The notes under the pieces were generated by a model, which ran no database searches, was not told the DNA's origin, and saw only the letters and a list, made by a program, of their open reading frames with translations. A stretch of 64,000 bases of DNA from an uncultured Candidatus Rokubacteria bacterium (GTDB lineage: Bacteria > Methylomirabilota > Methylomirabilia > Rokubacteriales > CSP1-6): positions 896,001 through 960,000 of the forward strand of contig CAVYTA010000005.1 of assembly GCA_963771355.1 (NCBI GenBank), read 5' to 3'. Of this stretch, positions 9,901 through 20,048 are shown piece after piece; position 1 is the first letter of the stretch, and every line of letters begins with the position of its first letter. The position numbers and the translations under genes were made by a program.

Positions 9901-11414
9901 TGGATTTCCTCGCCAACCTCCAGCTCGGGTTCAGCATCGCCTTCACACCGTTCAACCTCGTCATGGCGGCGGCGGGGGTGACGGTGGGCACGCTCATCGG
10001 CGCCCTGCCCGGCATCGGCCCGGTCTCCGGGGTGGCGCTCCTCCTGCCGCTCACCTTCGGCATGGAACCCGTCTCCGGGATCATCATGCTCGCGTCCCTG
10101 TACGCCGGATCCATGTACGGCGGCACCATCACCTCGGTGCTGATCAATACCCCGGGCGAGTCCGCGTCGGTGGTGACCTGCATCGACGGCTATCAGATGG
10201 CGCTGCAGGGACGGGCGGGGCCCGCGCTGGGCGTCGCCGCCATCGGCTCCTTCGTGGCGGGCACCGTGGGCGTGGTGCTCCTCATGCTGATGTCGCCGCT
10301 GCTCGCGCGCTGGGCGCTCTCCTTCGGTCCACCGGAGACCTTCGCCCTCATGCTGCTGGGCCTCACCACCGTGACCGGGCTCACCGGGGACAACGCGCTC
10401 AAGGGCTACATCAGCATGGTGTTCGGTCTCATGCTGGCCATGGTGGGCTTCGACATCATCTCGGGCGACGCCCGCTATGCCTTCGGCTTCAACGAGCTGC
10501 TGGACGGCGTCGAGTTCCTGCCCGTGGCCATCGGCCTCTTCGGGCTGGGCGAGGTCCTCGTGGGAGCGGAGCAGGTCGCCGACATGCGCATCCTCCGCGC
10601 CCGCTTCGGCATCCGCGACGTCATGCTCACCGCCACGGACTGGGCGCGGAGCCGCGCGGCCATCGCCCGCGGCACCGTGATCGGGTTCCTCATCGGCGTG
10701 CTGCCCGGGGCCGGACCGACCATCGCGTCCTTCCTGGCCTACACGCTGGAGAAGAAGGTCTCGAAGCACCCCGAGGAGTTCGGACACGGCGCCATCGAGG
10801 GCGTGGCGGCGCCCGAGTCGGCGAACAATGCCGCCTCCTCGGCGGCCTTCGTGCCCATGCTCACGCTGGGCATCCCGGGCTCCGCCACCACCGCGGTGAT
10901 GCTGGGCGGGCTCATGATGTGGGGGCTCCGGCCGGGTCCGCTGCTCTTCGAGAAGAACCCGGACTTCGTCTGGGGCCTCATCGCGTCGCTCTACATCGCC
11001 AATGTGATGCTCCTCGTGCTGAACATCGGGTTCATCCCCATGTTCGTGCGGGCGCTTCGCATCCCGTACGGCGTCCTCATGCCGCTCATCATCATCTTCT
11101 GCGTCACCGGCGCCTACTCGCTGAACAACAAGGTCTGGGACGTGGGCGTGATGCTCATCTTCGGGGTGCTCGGCTACGTGATGAAGAAGCTCGACTATTC
11201 CCCGGCGGCCCTCACCCTGGCCCTGGTCATCGGCCCCCTCGCCGAGCGGGCGCTGCGCCAGTCGCTGATCATCTCGGACTCGGGGGCCGCGATCTTCTTC
11301 ATGCGGCCCATCGCGGCGGTGCTGACCCTGCTCGCGCTGTCCGCCATCGCCGTGCCCGCCGTGCGCGCGCTCCGGCAGGCGGTGCGCGGCCGTCCCCGCG
11401 TCCCCGTGGCCTGA
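9900..11414 (+). CDS. tctA: Tripartite tricarboxylate transporter large membrane subunit
   Basis: GALPGIG, YGGTITSVLINTPG, APESANNA and TLGIPG motifs; ATG overlaps the tctB stop. Confidence 0.94.
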   Translation: MDFLANLQLGFSIAFTPFNLVMAAAGVTVGTLIGALPGIGPVSGVALLLPLTFGMEPVSGIIMLASLYAGSMYGGTITSVLINTPGESASVVTCIDGYQMALQGRAGPALGVAAIGSFVAGTVGVVLLMLMSPLLARWALSFGPPETFALMLLGLTTVTGLTGDNALKGYISMVFGLMLAMVGFDIISGDARYAFGFNELLDGVEFLPVAIGLFGLGEVLVGAEQVADMRILRARFGIRDVMLTATDWARSRAAIARGTVIGFLIGVLPGAGPTIASFLAYTLEKKVSKHPEEFGHGAIEGVAAPESANNAASSAAFVPMLTLGIPGSATTAVMLGGLMMWGLRPGPLLFEKNPDFVWGLIASLYIANVMLLVLNIGFIPMFVRALRIPYGVLMPLIIIFCVTGAYSLNNKVWDVGVMLIFGVLGYVMKKLDYSPAALTLALVIGPLAERALRQSLIISDSGAAIFFMRPIAAVLTLLALSAIAVPAVRALRQAVRGRPRVPVA

Positions 11415-11447
11415 ATCAAGACCCGCGGCAAGCGGGGGAGATCGGCG

Positions 11448-12767
11448 ATGCGCGAAGATCGGTATGGCCTTCCCCTCAGCTCCCCGTCCGACCGCGCGGT
11501 CGCGGCGTACCGCGAGGGCGTGGACCACATCCTCTGCGCCACCCCGGGCGCCGATCGCGCGTTCACCGAGGCGCTGGCCGCGGACCCCGGCTTCGCCCTG
11601 GCCGCCGCCGGGCTCGCCCGCACCCAGCAGATCCACGGGCGCATACCGGAAGCGAAGGCCGCGATCGCGCAGGCGCGCGCCCGCGCGGGCGGGGTGTCGC
11701 GGCGAGAGCGGCAGCACGTGGAGGCGATCGGCCTCCTCCTCGATGGCAATGCGGCGGGCGCGCTGGCCGCCGTCCGCGCGCATACGGCCGAGTTCCCTCG
11801 CGACGCTCTCGTCCTGAGCCTGGCCGTGGGCGCCTTCGGTCTCATCGCCTTCAGCGGTCGGCTCGATCACGACGCGCTGCTGCTGGAGCTCCTCGACGGG
11901 CTGGCGCCGCACTATGCCGGCGACTGGTGGTTCCCCTTCGCCCACGGCTGGGCGCACAACGAGGCGCGCCGCCATCCCGAGGCCCGGCGGCTCATGGAGC
12001 AGGCGCGGGAGCGGCAGCCGCGCAGCGCCAATGTCGCGCACGGCCTCGCCCATATCGCCTACGAAACGGGCGACATCGAGGGGGGCGCGCGCTACCTCGA
12101 AGGCTGGCTTCCCGCGTACGAGCGGGCGTCCGCGCTGCACTGCCACCTCTCCTGGCATCTGGCCCTCTTCGAGCTGGGGCGGGGGCGGACGGACGCCGCG
12201 CTCCGCATCTACGAGGACAGCATCGCGCCGGGCGCCTCGGTAGCACCGCCGCTCAACACGCTCTCCGACTCCGCCGCCTTTCTCTGGCGGCTCGGTCTCT
12301 ATGGGGAAGCAGGGGCCGCGGAGCGGTGGACCCCGGTGCGCGACTTCGCCCGGCAGGCCTTCCCGCGCCCGGGCTTTGCGTTTGCCGACATCCACTGCGC
12401 GCTGACGTATGCCGGCGTGGGCGATCTCGAGGCCCACGCGTCGCTGGTGGGCGCCTTCCGGGAGGCCGACCGCGCCGGGCGCTTGCCGGCTGGGCCGGGG
12501 GTGGCGGAGCTCGCGGAGGGACTTCGGGCCTTCGCGGCCGGTGACTATGAAGGGGCGATTCTCCGCATCGAGCCGGTGGCGGGCGAGGTGACCCGGCTGG
12601 GGGGCAGCCATGCCCAGCGCGACATCTTCGAGGAAACTCTCATCCAGGCCTACTTGCGCACCAATCGCGGGGCAAAGGCGGCGGCGATCCTGCGCCGGCG
12701 GCTGGATCGACGGCCCTCGGCCAGGGACCGAGACTGGCTGGGTCGGGCTGACGGCTTGGGCGCGTAA
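11448..12767 (+). CDS. Tetratricopeptide repeat protein (TTC38-like)
   Basis: AHGLAHIAYE, HCHLSWHLALFEL and GGSHAQRDIFE motifs typical of TTC38-like proteins. Confidence 0.8.
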   Translation: MREDRYGLPLSSPSDRAVAAYREGVDHILCATPGADRAFTEALAADPGFALAAAGLARTQQIHGRIPEAKAAIAQARARAGGVSRRERQHVEAIGLLLDGNAAGALAAVRAHTAEFPRDALVLSLAVGAFGLIAFSGRLDHDALLLELLDGLAPHYAGDWWFPFAHGWAHNEARRHPEARRLMEQARERQPRSANVAHGLAHIAYETGDIEGGARYLEGWLPAYERASALHCHLSWHLALFELGRGRTDAALRIYEDSIAPGASVAPPLNTLSDSAAFLWRLGLYGEAGAAERWTPVRDFARQAFPRPGFAFADIHCALTYAGVGDLEAHASLVGAFREADRAGRLPAGPGVAELAEGLRAFAAGDYEGAILRIEPVAGEVTRLGGSHAQRDIFEETLIQAYLRTNRGAKAAAILRRRLDRRPSARDRDWLGRADGLGA

Positions 12768-12791
12768 ACCCTTATTAAACCGACCAAAGCC

Positions 12792-12820
12792 TTGACAGTC
12801 CCGGGGGCCTCGGCTAGACT
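12792..12820 (+). promoter_or_regulatory. Sigma70-type promoter for the acyl-CoA synthetase/ABC operon
   Basis: TTGACA (12792-12797), 17-bp spacer, TAGACT (12815-12820) in intergenic DNA. Confidence 0.75.
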
Positions 12821-12909
12821 CACGCAACTTCGACAGTCTGGCTGACACGCGCCTCACGGTGCCCACGGGTGAAGGAAACGCTCTCCAACGGCGTAGACGG
12901 AAGACAGGC

Positions 12910-14880
12910 GTGACGACCGTGGGCCCACGCCCGGCCGACGCGCTTGACCCCGCCCGGGACACTTTCCCCAAGCTGGTCGCTTCCAACGCCACGCGCCTTG
13001 CCGGCAAGGTCGCGATCCGCGAGAAGCAGCTCGGCATCTGGCAGGCCCATACGTGGAGCGAGTACCTGGCCGAGTCCCGACTGATCGCGCTGGGCCTGGC
13101 CGCGCTGGGCTTCGCCCGGGGCGATCGGACCGCGGTGATCGGCGACAATCGCCCGCCGCTGTACTGGGCCATGCTGGCCACCCAGGCGCTGGGCGGCGTG
13201 CCGGTGCCGCTGTACCAGGACTCCATCGAGAAGGAGATGCAGTTCATCCTGGACCACGCCGAGGCCCGCTTCGCGGTGGTGGAGGACCAGGAGCAGGTGG
13301 ACAAGCTCCTGCACGTGCGCGCGGAGTGCCCGCGGCTCGAGTACATCGTCTACGACGATCCCCGGGGCCTGCGGCACTACCAGGAGCCGTTCCTCCTGAG
13401 TCTCGCCGAGCTCAAGGAGCGCGGCGCCAAGTTCGCCGCCGACAATCCCGGCTGGTTCGAGGCGGAGGTGGCCAAGGGCACCGGGGACGACCTCGCGGTG
13501 ATCTGCTATACCTCCGGCACCACCGGCCAGCCCAAGGGCGCCATGCTCTCCCACCGGAACCTCATCGTCACCGCGCGCAACGCGATCGAGCGCGAGGGCC
13601 TGCGCGAGTCCGACGAGGTGGTGGCGTACCTCCCCATGGCCTGGGTGGGCGACCACATGTTCTCCTTCAGCCAGTCGGTGGTGGCGGGCTTCGCCACCAA
13701 CTGCCCGGAGAGCGCGGCCACGGTGCTCTCCGACCTCAAGGAGATCGGCCCCACCTACTTCTTCGCGCCGCCCCGCATCTGGGAGAACATCCTCACCGCG
13801 GTGATGATCCGCGTGGACGACGCGTGGGCGCCGAAGCGGGCCATGATCCGCTACTTCCTGGATCTGGCGCGCCGTACCGAGCGCGCGCGGCTCGCGCACC
13901 GGACCCCCGCCCTGGGCGATCGCCTCCTCTACGCGCTGGGGCGCGTGCTGGTGTACGGCCCCCTGCGCGACAACCTGGGAATGGGGCGCATCCGCCTGGC
14001 CTATACCGCGGGGGAGGCCATCGGGCCCGAGCTCTTCGAGTTCTACCGCTCGCTCGGCATCAACGTGAAGCAGCTCTACGGGATGACGGAGTCGAGCGCG
14101 CTGATCTGCATCCAGAAGGACGGCGACGTGAAGCTGGACACCGTCGGCACCCCGCTCCCCGAGGTGGAGGTGCGCATCACCGAGGGCGGCGAAGTGGTCG
14201 TTCGCAGCCCGGGCGTCTTCCTCGGCTACTACAAGAACCCCGAGGCCACGCGGGAGACGCTGGAGGATGGCTGGATCCGCACCGGCGACGCCGGCGTGTT
14301 CGACCGCGACGGGCACCTCAAGATCATCGACCGCGCCCGCGACGTGGGCCGGCTCTCCGACGGCACCCTCTTCGCCCCCAAGTACCTCGAGAACAAGGTC
14401 AAGTTCTCGCCCTTCGTGAAGGAGGCGGTGTGCGTGGGGGACGGGCGGCCGCACGTGGTCGCGCTCCTCAACATCGACCTCGCCGCGGTGGGCAGCTGGG
14501 CCGAGCGGCGCAACATCGCCTACACGTCCTACGCCGACCTGGCCCAGAAGCCGGAGGTCTACGACCTGGTCCGGCACGAGGTCAACCGCGTGAACCGGAG
14601 CCTGGTGACGGAGGGCGACCTGGCCGGCACCCAGATCCGGAAGTTCCTGCTCCTGCACAAGGAGCTGGATGCGGACGATCAGGAGATCACCCGCACGCGC
14701 AAGGTGCGGCGGGGTTTCGTGGCCCAGAAGTACGCGCCCCTCATCGAGGGGCTCTACGGCGGCGTGGATCACGTGAACGTGGAGGCCCAGGTCACGTACG
14801 AGGACGGCCGGGTGGGCATGATGCGGGCGGACATCCGCATCGCGGAGGCCGAGATCGCGGGCGCAGGGACGGCACCATGA
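12910..14880 (+). CDS. Long-chain fatty acid--CoA ligase (AMP-binding), module 1
   Basis: YTSGTTGQPKG, YGMTE, TGDAG and EITRTRKVRR motifs. Start uncertain (GTG 12859 or 12910). Confidence 0.92.
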   Translation: MTTVGPRPADALDPARDTFPKLVASNATRLAGKVAIREKQLGIWQAHTWSEYLAESRLIALGLAALGFARGDRTAVIGDNRPPLYWAMLATQALGGVPVPLYQDSIEKEMQFILDHAEARFAVVEDQEQVDKLLHVRAECPRLEYIVYDDPRGLRHYQEPFLLSLAELKERGAKFAADNPGWFEAEVAKGTGDDLAVICYTSGTTGQPKGAMLSHRNLIVTARNAIEREGLRESDEVVAYLPMAWVGDHMFSFSQSVVAGFATNCPESAATVLSDLKEIGPTYFFAPPRIWENILTAVMIRVDDAWAPKRAMIRYFLDLARRTERARLAHRTPALGDRLLYALGRVLVYGPLRDNLGMGRIRLAYTAGEAIGPELFEFYRSLGINVKQLYGMTESSALICIQKDGDVKLDTVGTPLPEVEVRITEGGEVVVRSPGVFLGYYKNPEATRETLEDGWIRTGDAGVFDRDGHLKIIDRARDVGRLSDGTLFAPKYLENKVKFSPFVKEAVCVGDGRPHVVALLNIDLAAVGSWAERRNIAYTSYADLAQKPEVYDLVRHEVNRVNRSLVTEGDLAGTQIRKFLLLHKELDADDQEITRTRKVRRGFVAQKYAPLIEGLYGGVDHVNVEAQVTYEDGRVGMMRADIRIAEAEIAGAGTAP

Positions 14881-15665
14881 GCGATGCCGGGCGGCCCACT
14901 CCACTGCTCGAAGTGGACGGGATCGGCGTGCGCTTCGGCGCGGTGCAGGCGCTCGATGGGGTGAGTCTCGAGATCGCGCGCGGGGAGATCGCCGCCATCA
15001 TCGGCCCCAACGGGGCCGGGAAGACCACGCTGCTCAACGTGATCAGCGGCTTCTATCACCCCAACGAGGGCGCCATCCGCTTCGCGGGCGCGGATCGCAC
15101 CCACCTCAAGCCCTACGAGGTGGCCACCCTCGGGATCGCCCGGACCTTCCAGAACGTGGCGCTCTTCAAGGGCATGAGCGTGCTCGACAACATCATGACC
15201 GGGCGGCTCCTCAAGATGCACGGGTCGTTCCTGCTGGAGGCGTTGTACTGGGGGCCGGCCCGCCGTCAGGAGCTCGAGCACCGGGCCTTCGTGGAGCGCG
15301 TCATCGACTTCCTCGAGATCCAGGCCATCCGCAAGATGCCCGCCGGGCGCCTGCCCTACGGCCTGCAGAAGCGGGTGGAGCTGGCGCGGGCGCTGGCCGC
15401 CGAGCCCACCCTCCTCCTCCTCGACGAGCCCATGGCGGGCATGAACGTCGAGGAGAAGGAGGACATGTGCCGGTTCATCCTGGGGGTGAACGACGAGTTC
15501 GGGACCACCATCGCCCTCATCGAGCACGACATGAGCGTGGTGATGGACATCTCCGGGCACGTGGTGGCGCTGGACTACGGGCGCAAGATCGCCGACGGGA
15601 CGCCGGACCAGGTGCGGGCCGATCCGGCGGTCATCGACGCCTACCTGGGGGTGGCGCATGCTTAG
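14877..15665 (+). CDS. ABC transporter ATP-binding protein (LivG-like), module 1
   Basis: GPNGAGKT, LPYGLQKR, LLLDEP; ATGA overlap at 14877. Confidence 0.93.
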   Translation: MSDAGRPTPLLEVDGIGVRFGAVQALDGVSLEIARGEIAAIIGPNGAGKTTLLNVISGFYHPNEGAIRFAGADRTHLKPYEVATLGIARTFQNVALFKGMSVLDNIMTGRLLKMHGSFLLEALYWGPARRQELEHRAFVERVIDFLEIQAIRKMPAGRLPYGLQKRVELARALAAEPTLLLLDEPMAGMNVEEKEDMCRFILGVNDEFGTTIALIEHDMSVVMDISGHVVALDYGRKIADGTPDQVRADPAVIDAYLGVAHA

Positions 15666-16596
15666 CCTCCTCCACGCGGTGTTCGTGGCGCCCCTCCTCG
15701 ACATGGCGGGGTCGCCGACCTTTCTCGCCGAGGTGCTGATCGGCGGCATCGCGGCCGGGCTCATGTACTCGCTGGTGGCGCTGGGCTTCGTCCTCATCTT
15801 CAAGGCCTCGGGGGTGTTCAACTTCGCCCAGGGCGTGATGGTGCTGTTCGCCGCCCTCACGCTGGTGGGGCTCATGGAGATGGGGCTGCCGGTGGCGGTG
15901 GCGCTCCTGGCCACGGTCGCGGTCATGGTGGCGCTGGCCTTCGGCATCGAGCGCGTGGTGCTGCGGCCGCTCGTGAACCAGGCGCCCATCATCCTCTTCA
16001 TGGCCACCATCGGGCTCAACTTCTTCCTGGAGGGCTTCGGCGAGATGGTGTGGGGCGCCAACGTCAAGAAGCTCGACGTGGGCATCCCCGACGAGTCCTT
16101 CAAGGTGGCGGGCATCCTGCTGAACAAGCTCGAGCTGACGGCGGCCGGCACCGCCGCGGTCCTGGTGGCGGTGCTGGCGGTGTTCTTCCAGCGCACGCGT
16201 ATCGGCCGCGCGCTCCGCGCGGTGGCCGACGACCATGAGGCCGCGCTGTCCATCGGCATCCCGCTCAAGACCATCTGGGTGGTGGTGTGGGCGGTGGCGG
16301 GGCTGGTGGCCATCGTCACCGGCATCATGTGGGGGGCGAAGAGCGGCGTCCAGTTCAGCCTCTCCCTCATCGCGCTCAAGGCGCTGCCGGTCCTCATCCT
16401 GGGCGGCTTCACCTCGGTGCCGGGAGCCATCGTGGGCGGGCTCATCGTGGGCACGGGAGAGAAGCTCGGCGAGGTGTACTGGGGCCCGCTGGTGGGCGGG
16501 GCCATCGAGAACTGGTTCGCCTACATGCTGGCCCTCGTCTTCCTCGTCTTCCGGCCTCAGGGCCTGTTCGGCGAGCGGATAATCGAGCGCGTGTAG
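15658..16596 (+). CDS. Branched-chain amino acid-type ABC permease (LivH-like), module 1
   Basis: YSLVALGFVLIFKASGVFNFAQG, GRALRAVADD, RPQGLFG. Confidence 0.92.
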   Translation: MLSLLHAVFVAPLLDMAGSPTFLAEVLIGGIAAGLMYSLVALGFVLIFKASGVFNFAQGVMVLFAALTLVGLMEMGLPVAVALLATVAVMVALAFGIERVVLRPLVNQAPIILFMATIGLNFFLEGFGEMVWGANVKKLDVGIPDESFKVAGILLNKLELTAAGTAAVLVAVLAVFFQRTRIGRALRAVADDHEAALSIGIPLKTIWVVVWAVAGLVAIVTGIMWGAKSGVQFSLSLIALKALPVLILGGFTSVPGAIVGGLIVGTGEKLGEVYWGPLVGGAIENWFAYMLALVFLVFRPQGLFGERIIERV

Positions 16597-16786
16597 TGCG
16601 AGGCGCAGCCGAAGGCGAGACGAGCGAAATCTGAGAATGCTTGCGCGAGCGGACAGTAGTGCGAGGCGCAGCCGAAGGCGAGACGAGCGAAATCTGAGAA
16701 TGCTTGCGCGAGCGGACAGTAGTGCGAGGCGCAGCCGAAGGCGAGACGAGCGAAATCTGAGAATGCTTGCGCGAGCGGAGCGAGCG
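16593..16786 (+). repeat. Repeat family A, 3x 63-bp tandem array
   Basis: Unit GTAGTGCGAGGCGCAGCCGAAGGCGAGACGAGCGAAATCTGAGAATGCTTGCGCGAGCGGACA at 16593, 16656 and 16719; the last copy ends in CGCGAGCGGAGCGAGCG. Confidence 0.97.
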
Positions 16787-16788
16787 AC

Positions 16789-17865
16789 GTGATCTACAGG
16801 GAAGCGGGGCAGTTCAAGAGCAGCTACGCCAGCGACCAGGCGATCTTCCCCATCGTCCAGGACCGGTGGGTGGTGCTGGTGCTGATCGCGGCTGCGGTGG
16901 TGGTGCCCACCGCGCTCGGCAGCGACTACTGGCTGCAGGCCGTCCTGATCCCGTTCCTCATCTACGCGCTGGCCACGCTGGGACTCAACGTCCTCACCGG
17001 CTACGCGGGCCAGCTCTCCCTCGGCACCGGCGGCTTCATGGCGGTGGGCGGCTACGCCGCCTTCAAGCTCGCCACCGCGTTTCCCGGGCTCAATATCCTC
17101 GTGGTCTTCGTCCTGTCCGGCCTCGCCGCCGCCGCGGTGGGGCTGGTCTTCGGCATCCCGAGCCTCAGGATCAAGGGGTTCTATCTCGCGGTGGCGACGC
17201 TGGCCTCGCAGTTCTTCCTGATCTGGCTCTTCAACAAGGTGGCGTGGTTCTCCGACTACGCGCCCTCGGGCACCATCACCGCTCCGGCGCGCACCGTGCT
17301 GGGCGTGATGGTGACGGGCCCCAACGCGACGCCCGGTGCCCGCTACCTGGTGGCCATCGGTGTGGCCATCGTCTTCGGGCTCCTGGTCAAGAACCTCGTC
17401 CGGGGCCGGGTGGGACGGGCGTGGATGGCCATCCGGGACCGCGACATCGCCGCCGAGATCATCGGGGTGCGGCCGCTCCGCACCAAGCTGCTCGCCTTCG
17501 GGATCTCCTCGTTCCTCTGCGGCATCGCCGGCGCCGAGTACGTGTTCCTCTATCTCGGTAGCGCGGAGACCCAGGCCTTCGACATCAACCTCTCGTTCCT
17601 CGTGCTGTTCATGGTCATCATCGGCGGGCTGGGCAGCGTGCTCGGCTCGTTCCTGGGGGCGGCCTTCATCGTCATGGTCCCCATCTTCCTGGCCAACGCG
17701 CCGCACGCGCTGGGGCTCCACATGCCGGTGGCGCTACAGAAGCAGCTCGAGCTCATGGTCTTCGGCGGCCTCATCCTCTTCTTCCTGATCGTGGAGCCCA
17801 ACGGCCTCGCGCGGCTCTGGCAGATCACGAAGGAGAAGCTGCGGCTCTGGCCGTTCCCGCACTAA
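16789..17865 (+). CDS. ABC permease (LivM-like), module 1
   Basis: GLNVLTGYAGQLSLG, LRIKGFYLAVATLA, GRAWMAIRD. Confidence 0.92.
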   Translation: MIYREAGQFKSSYASDQAIFPIVQDRWVVLVLIAAAVVVPTALGSDYWLQAVLIPFLIYALATLGLNVLTGYAGQLSLGTGGFMAVGGYAAFKLATAFPGLNILVVFVLSGLAAAAVGLVFGIPSLRIKGFYLAVATLASQFFLIWLFNKVAWFSDYAPSGTITAPARTVLGVMVTGPNATPGARYLVAIGVAIVFGLLVKNLVRGRVGRAWMAIRDRDIAAEIIGVRPLRTKLLAFGISSFLCGIAGAEYVFLYLGSAETQAFDINLSFLVLFMVIIGGLGSVLGSFLGAAFIVMVPIFLANAPHALGLHMPVALQKQLELMVFGGLILFFLIVEPNGLARLWQITKEKLRLWPFPH

Positions 17866-17883
17866 CCCAGAGGAGAAATCACT

Positions 17884-19203
17884 ATGCGGAACCGGATTTT
17901 GCTGATCTTCGCCCTGGCCGCCGTCATCGCCGTCGGCCCCCTGGCGGGCGTCTTGCTCGCCCAGGGCGGAAGCATCTTCATCCCGCTGCTCGTCTACCGC
18001 ACCGGTCCCTACGCGCCGAGCGGCATCCCCATCGCCAACGGCTTCGTCGACTACTTCACCCTCGTCAACGAGCGGGACGGCGGCATCAACGGGGTCAAGA
18101 TCGCCTGGGAGGAGTGCGAGACCCAGTACGACACCAAGCAGGGCGTTGAGTGCTACGAGCGCCTGAAGGGCAAGAGCCCCGTCCTGGTGAATCCGTACTC
18201 CACCGGCATCACCTATCAGCTCGTCCCCAAGGCCCCGGTGGACAAGGTGGTGGTCTTCTCCATGGGCTACGGCATGACCGCCGCCGCCGACGGCCGCTGG
18301 TTCCCCTGGGTGTTCGGCTTCCCCACCACGTACTGGAGCCAGGCCTCCGCGGTGATCCGCTATATCGGCACGCAGGAGGGCGGGCTCGACAAGCTGAAGG
18401 GGAAGAAGATCGCCCACATCTTCCACAACAGCCCCTACGGCAAGGAGGCGAACCCGACGCTGGAAGAGCTGGCGAAGAAGTACGGCTTCGAGCTCACCCA
18501 GCTCGCGGTGGACCATCCGGGCCAGGAGCAGAAGTCCACCTGGCTCCAGGTGCGCCGGCTCAATCCCGACTGGATCTTCATGTCCGGCTGGGGCGTGATG
18601 AACCAGGTGGCGGTGAAGGAAGCGGCCGCCATCGGCTTCAAGATGGATCGGTTCATCGGCAACTGGTGGTCAGCGAACGACTCCGACGTGGTCCCCGCCG
18701 GCGACGGCGCCAAGGGCTACAAGGGCGCCACCTTCCACGCCCCCGGCAGCAACTTCAAGGTGCATGCCGAGGTCGTGAAGCACGTCTACGACAAGGGGAA
18801 GGGCGCGGGCAAGAAGGAAGCCATGGGCGAGCCGCTCTACAACCGGGGCATCGTCAACGCGATGTTCGCGGCGGAAGCCATCCGCACCGCCATGGGGAAG
18901 CACGGCAACAAGGTGCTCACCGCGGAGCAGGTGCGCTGGGGCTTCGAGAACCTGAACCTCACCGAGCAGCGGCTGGACCAGCTGGGGATGAAGGGCTTCA
19001 CCCACCCGGTGAAGGTGACCTGCGAGGATCACGAGGGCAATGGCCCCGTCCTCATCCAGCAGTGGGACGGCAAGAAGTGGGCGCTGGTGTCCGACTGGGT
19101 GGCGCCGATGCGCGACGTGGTCCGGCCCAAGCTCGAGGAGGCAGCGATAGTCGAGGGCAAGAAGCTGAACTACACCATGCGGGACTGCGCGGCGGAGAAG
19201 TAG
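17884..19203 (+). CDS. ABC substrate-binding protein (LivK-like), module 1
   Basis: Signal peptide, YRTGPYAPSG, DGGINGVKI, VTCEDHEG; GAGGAG RBS. Confidence 0.9.
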   Translation: MRNRILLIFALAAVIAVGPLAGVLLAQGGSIFIPLLVYRTGPYAPSGIPIANGFVDYFTLVNERDGGINGVKIAWEECETQYDTKQGVECYERLKGKSPVLVNPYSTGITYQLVPKAPVDKVVVFSMGYGMTAAADGRWFPWVFGFPTTYWSQASAVIRYIGTQEGGLDKLKGKKIAHIFHNSPYGKEANPTLEELAKKYGFELTQLAVDHPGQEQKSTWLQVRRLNPDWIFMSGWGVMNQVAVKEAAAIGFKMDRFIGNWWSANDSDVVPAGDGAKGYKGATFHAPGSNFKVHAEVVKHVYDKGKGAGKKEAMGEPLYNRGIVNAMFAAEAIRTAMGKHGNKVLTAEQVRWGFENLNLTEQRLDQLGMKGFTHPVKVTCEDHEGNGPVLIQQWDGKKWALVSDWVAPMRDVVRPKLEEAAIVEGKKLNYTMRDCAAEK

Positions 19204-19214
19204 GGGAGCCGCGT

Positions 19215-20048
19215 TTGAGCGTCGCCCGTCCCCTGGTGGAGAGAGCCCGGCCGCTGCTGGCGGTCAACAACATCGAGGTGATCTACGATCACGTCATCCT
19301 CGTGCTGAAGGGCGTCTCGCTGGAGGTTCCCGAGGAGGGCATCGTCGCCCTCCTCGGGGCCAACGGCGCGGGCAAGAGCACCACCCTCAAGGCGATCTCC
19401 GGGCTGCTCCGGACGGAGCGAGGCGAGGTCACGAAGGGCGGGATCGAGCTGGACGGTGAGGCCATCCATCGCCACGACCCCGCGGACGTCGTGCGCCGCG
19501 GGGTGGTCCAGGTGATGGAAGGCCGCCACGTGTTCGAGCATCTGAGCGTGGAAGAGAACCTGCTCGTGGGCGCCTATACCCGGCGCAACGGGCGGGAGGT
19601 GAAGCAGGCCCTCGATCGCGTGTATACCTATTTCCCACGGCTCGTCGCGCGGCGGGGCGTGAGCGCGGGGTATATCTCGGGAGGCGAGCAGCAGATGCTG
19701 GCCATCGGGCGCGCCCTCATGGCGCATCCCCGGCTCATGCTGCTGGACGAGCCGTCCATGGGGCTGGCCCCCATGCTGGTGGCCGAGATCTATGAGATCG
19801 TGGCGCGGCTGAACCGCGAAGAGCGGGTGGCGGTGCTCCTGGCGGAGCAGAATGCGTCGATGGCGCTCCGGGTGGCGCGCTACGCCTACGTGATGGAGAA
19901 CGGACGCGTCGTGCTGGACGGCGACCGCGGTACCATCAGCGAGAACGAGGACATCAAGGAGTTCTACTTGGGCCTTTCCGGGGTCGGCCAGCGTCGCAGC
20001 TACCGGGATGTGAAGTCCTACCGCCGGCGGAAGCGGTGGCTGTCATGA
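19215..20048 (+). CDS. ABC ATP-binding protein (LivF-like), module 1
   Basis: GANGAGKS, ISGGEQQM, LLDEPSMG. TTG start inferred after GGGGAG. Confidence 0.92.
   Translation: MSVARPLVERARPLLAVNNIEVIYDHVILVLKGVSLEVPEEGIVALLGANGAGKSTTLKAISGLLRTERGEVTKGGIELDGEAIHRHDPADVVRRGVVQVMEGRHVFEHLSVEENLLVGAYTRRNGREVKQALDRVYTYFPRLVARRGVSAGYISGGEQQMLAIGRALMAHPRLMLLDEPSMGLAPMLVAEIYEIVARLNREERVAVLLAEQNASMALRVARYAYVMENGRVVLDGDRGTISENEDIKEFYLGLSGVGQRRSYRDVKSYRRRKRWLS

Noticed and set aside
9855..13346. Long antisense or alternative-frame ORFs (also 1655..4378, 25838..28426, 41554..44679, 54996..57545)
   Set aside because: Shadow ORFs of high-GC coding sequence with no recognisable motifs, overlapping well-supported genes.
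16593..16786. Possible CRISPR array
   Set aside because: The units are identical with no unique spacers, there are no cas genes in the window, and the same motif is dispersed elsewhere.
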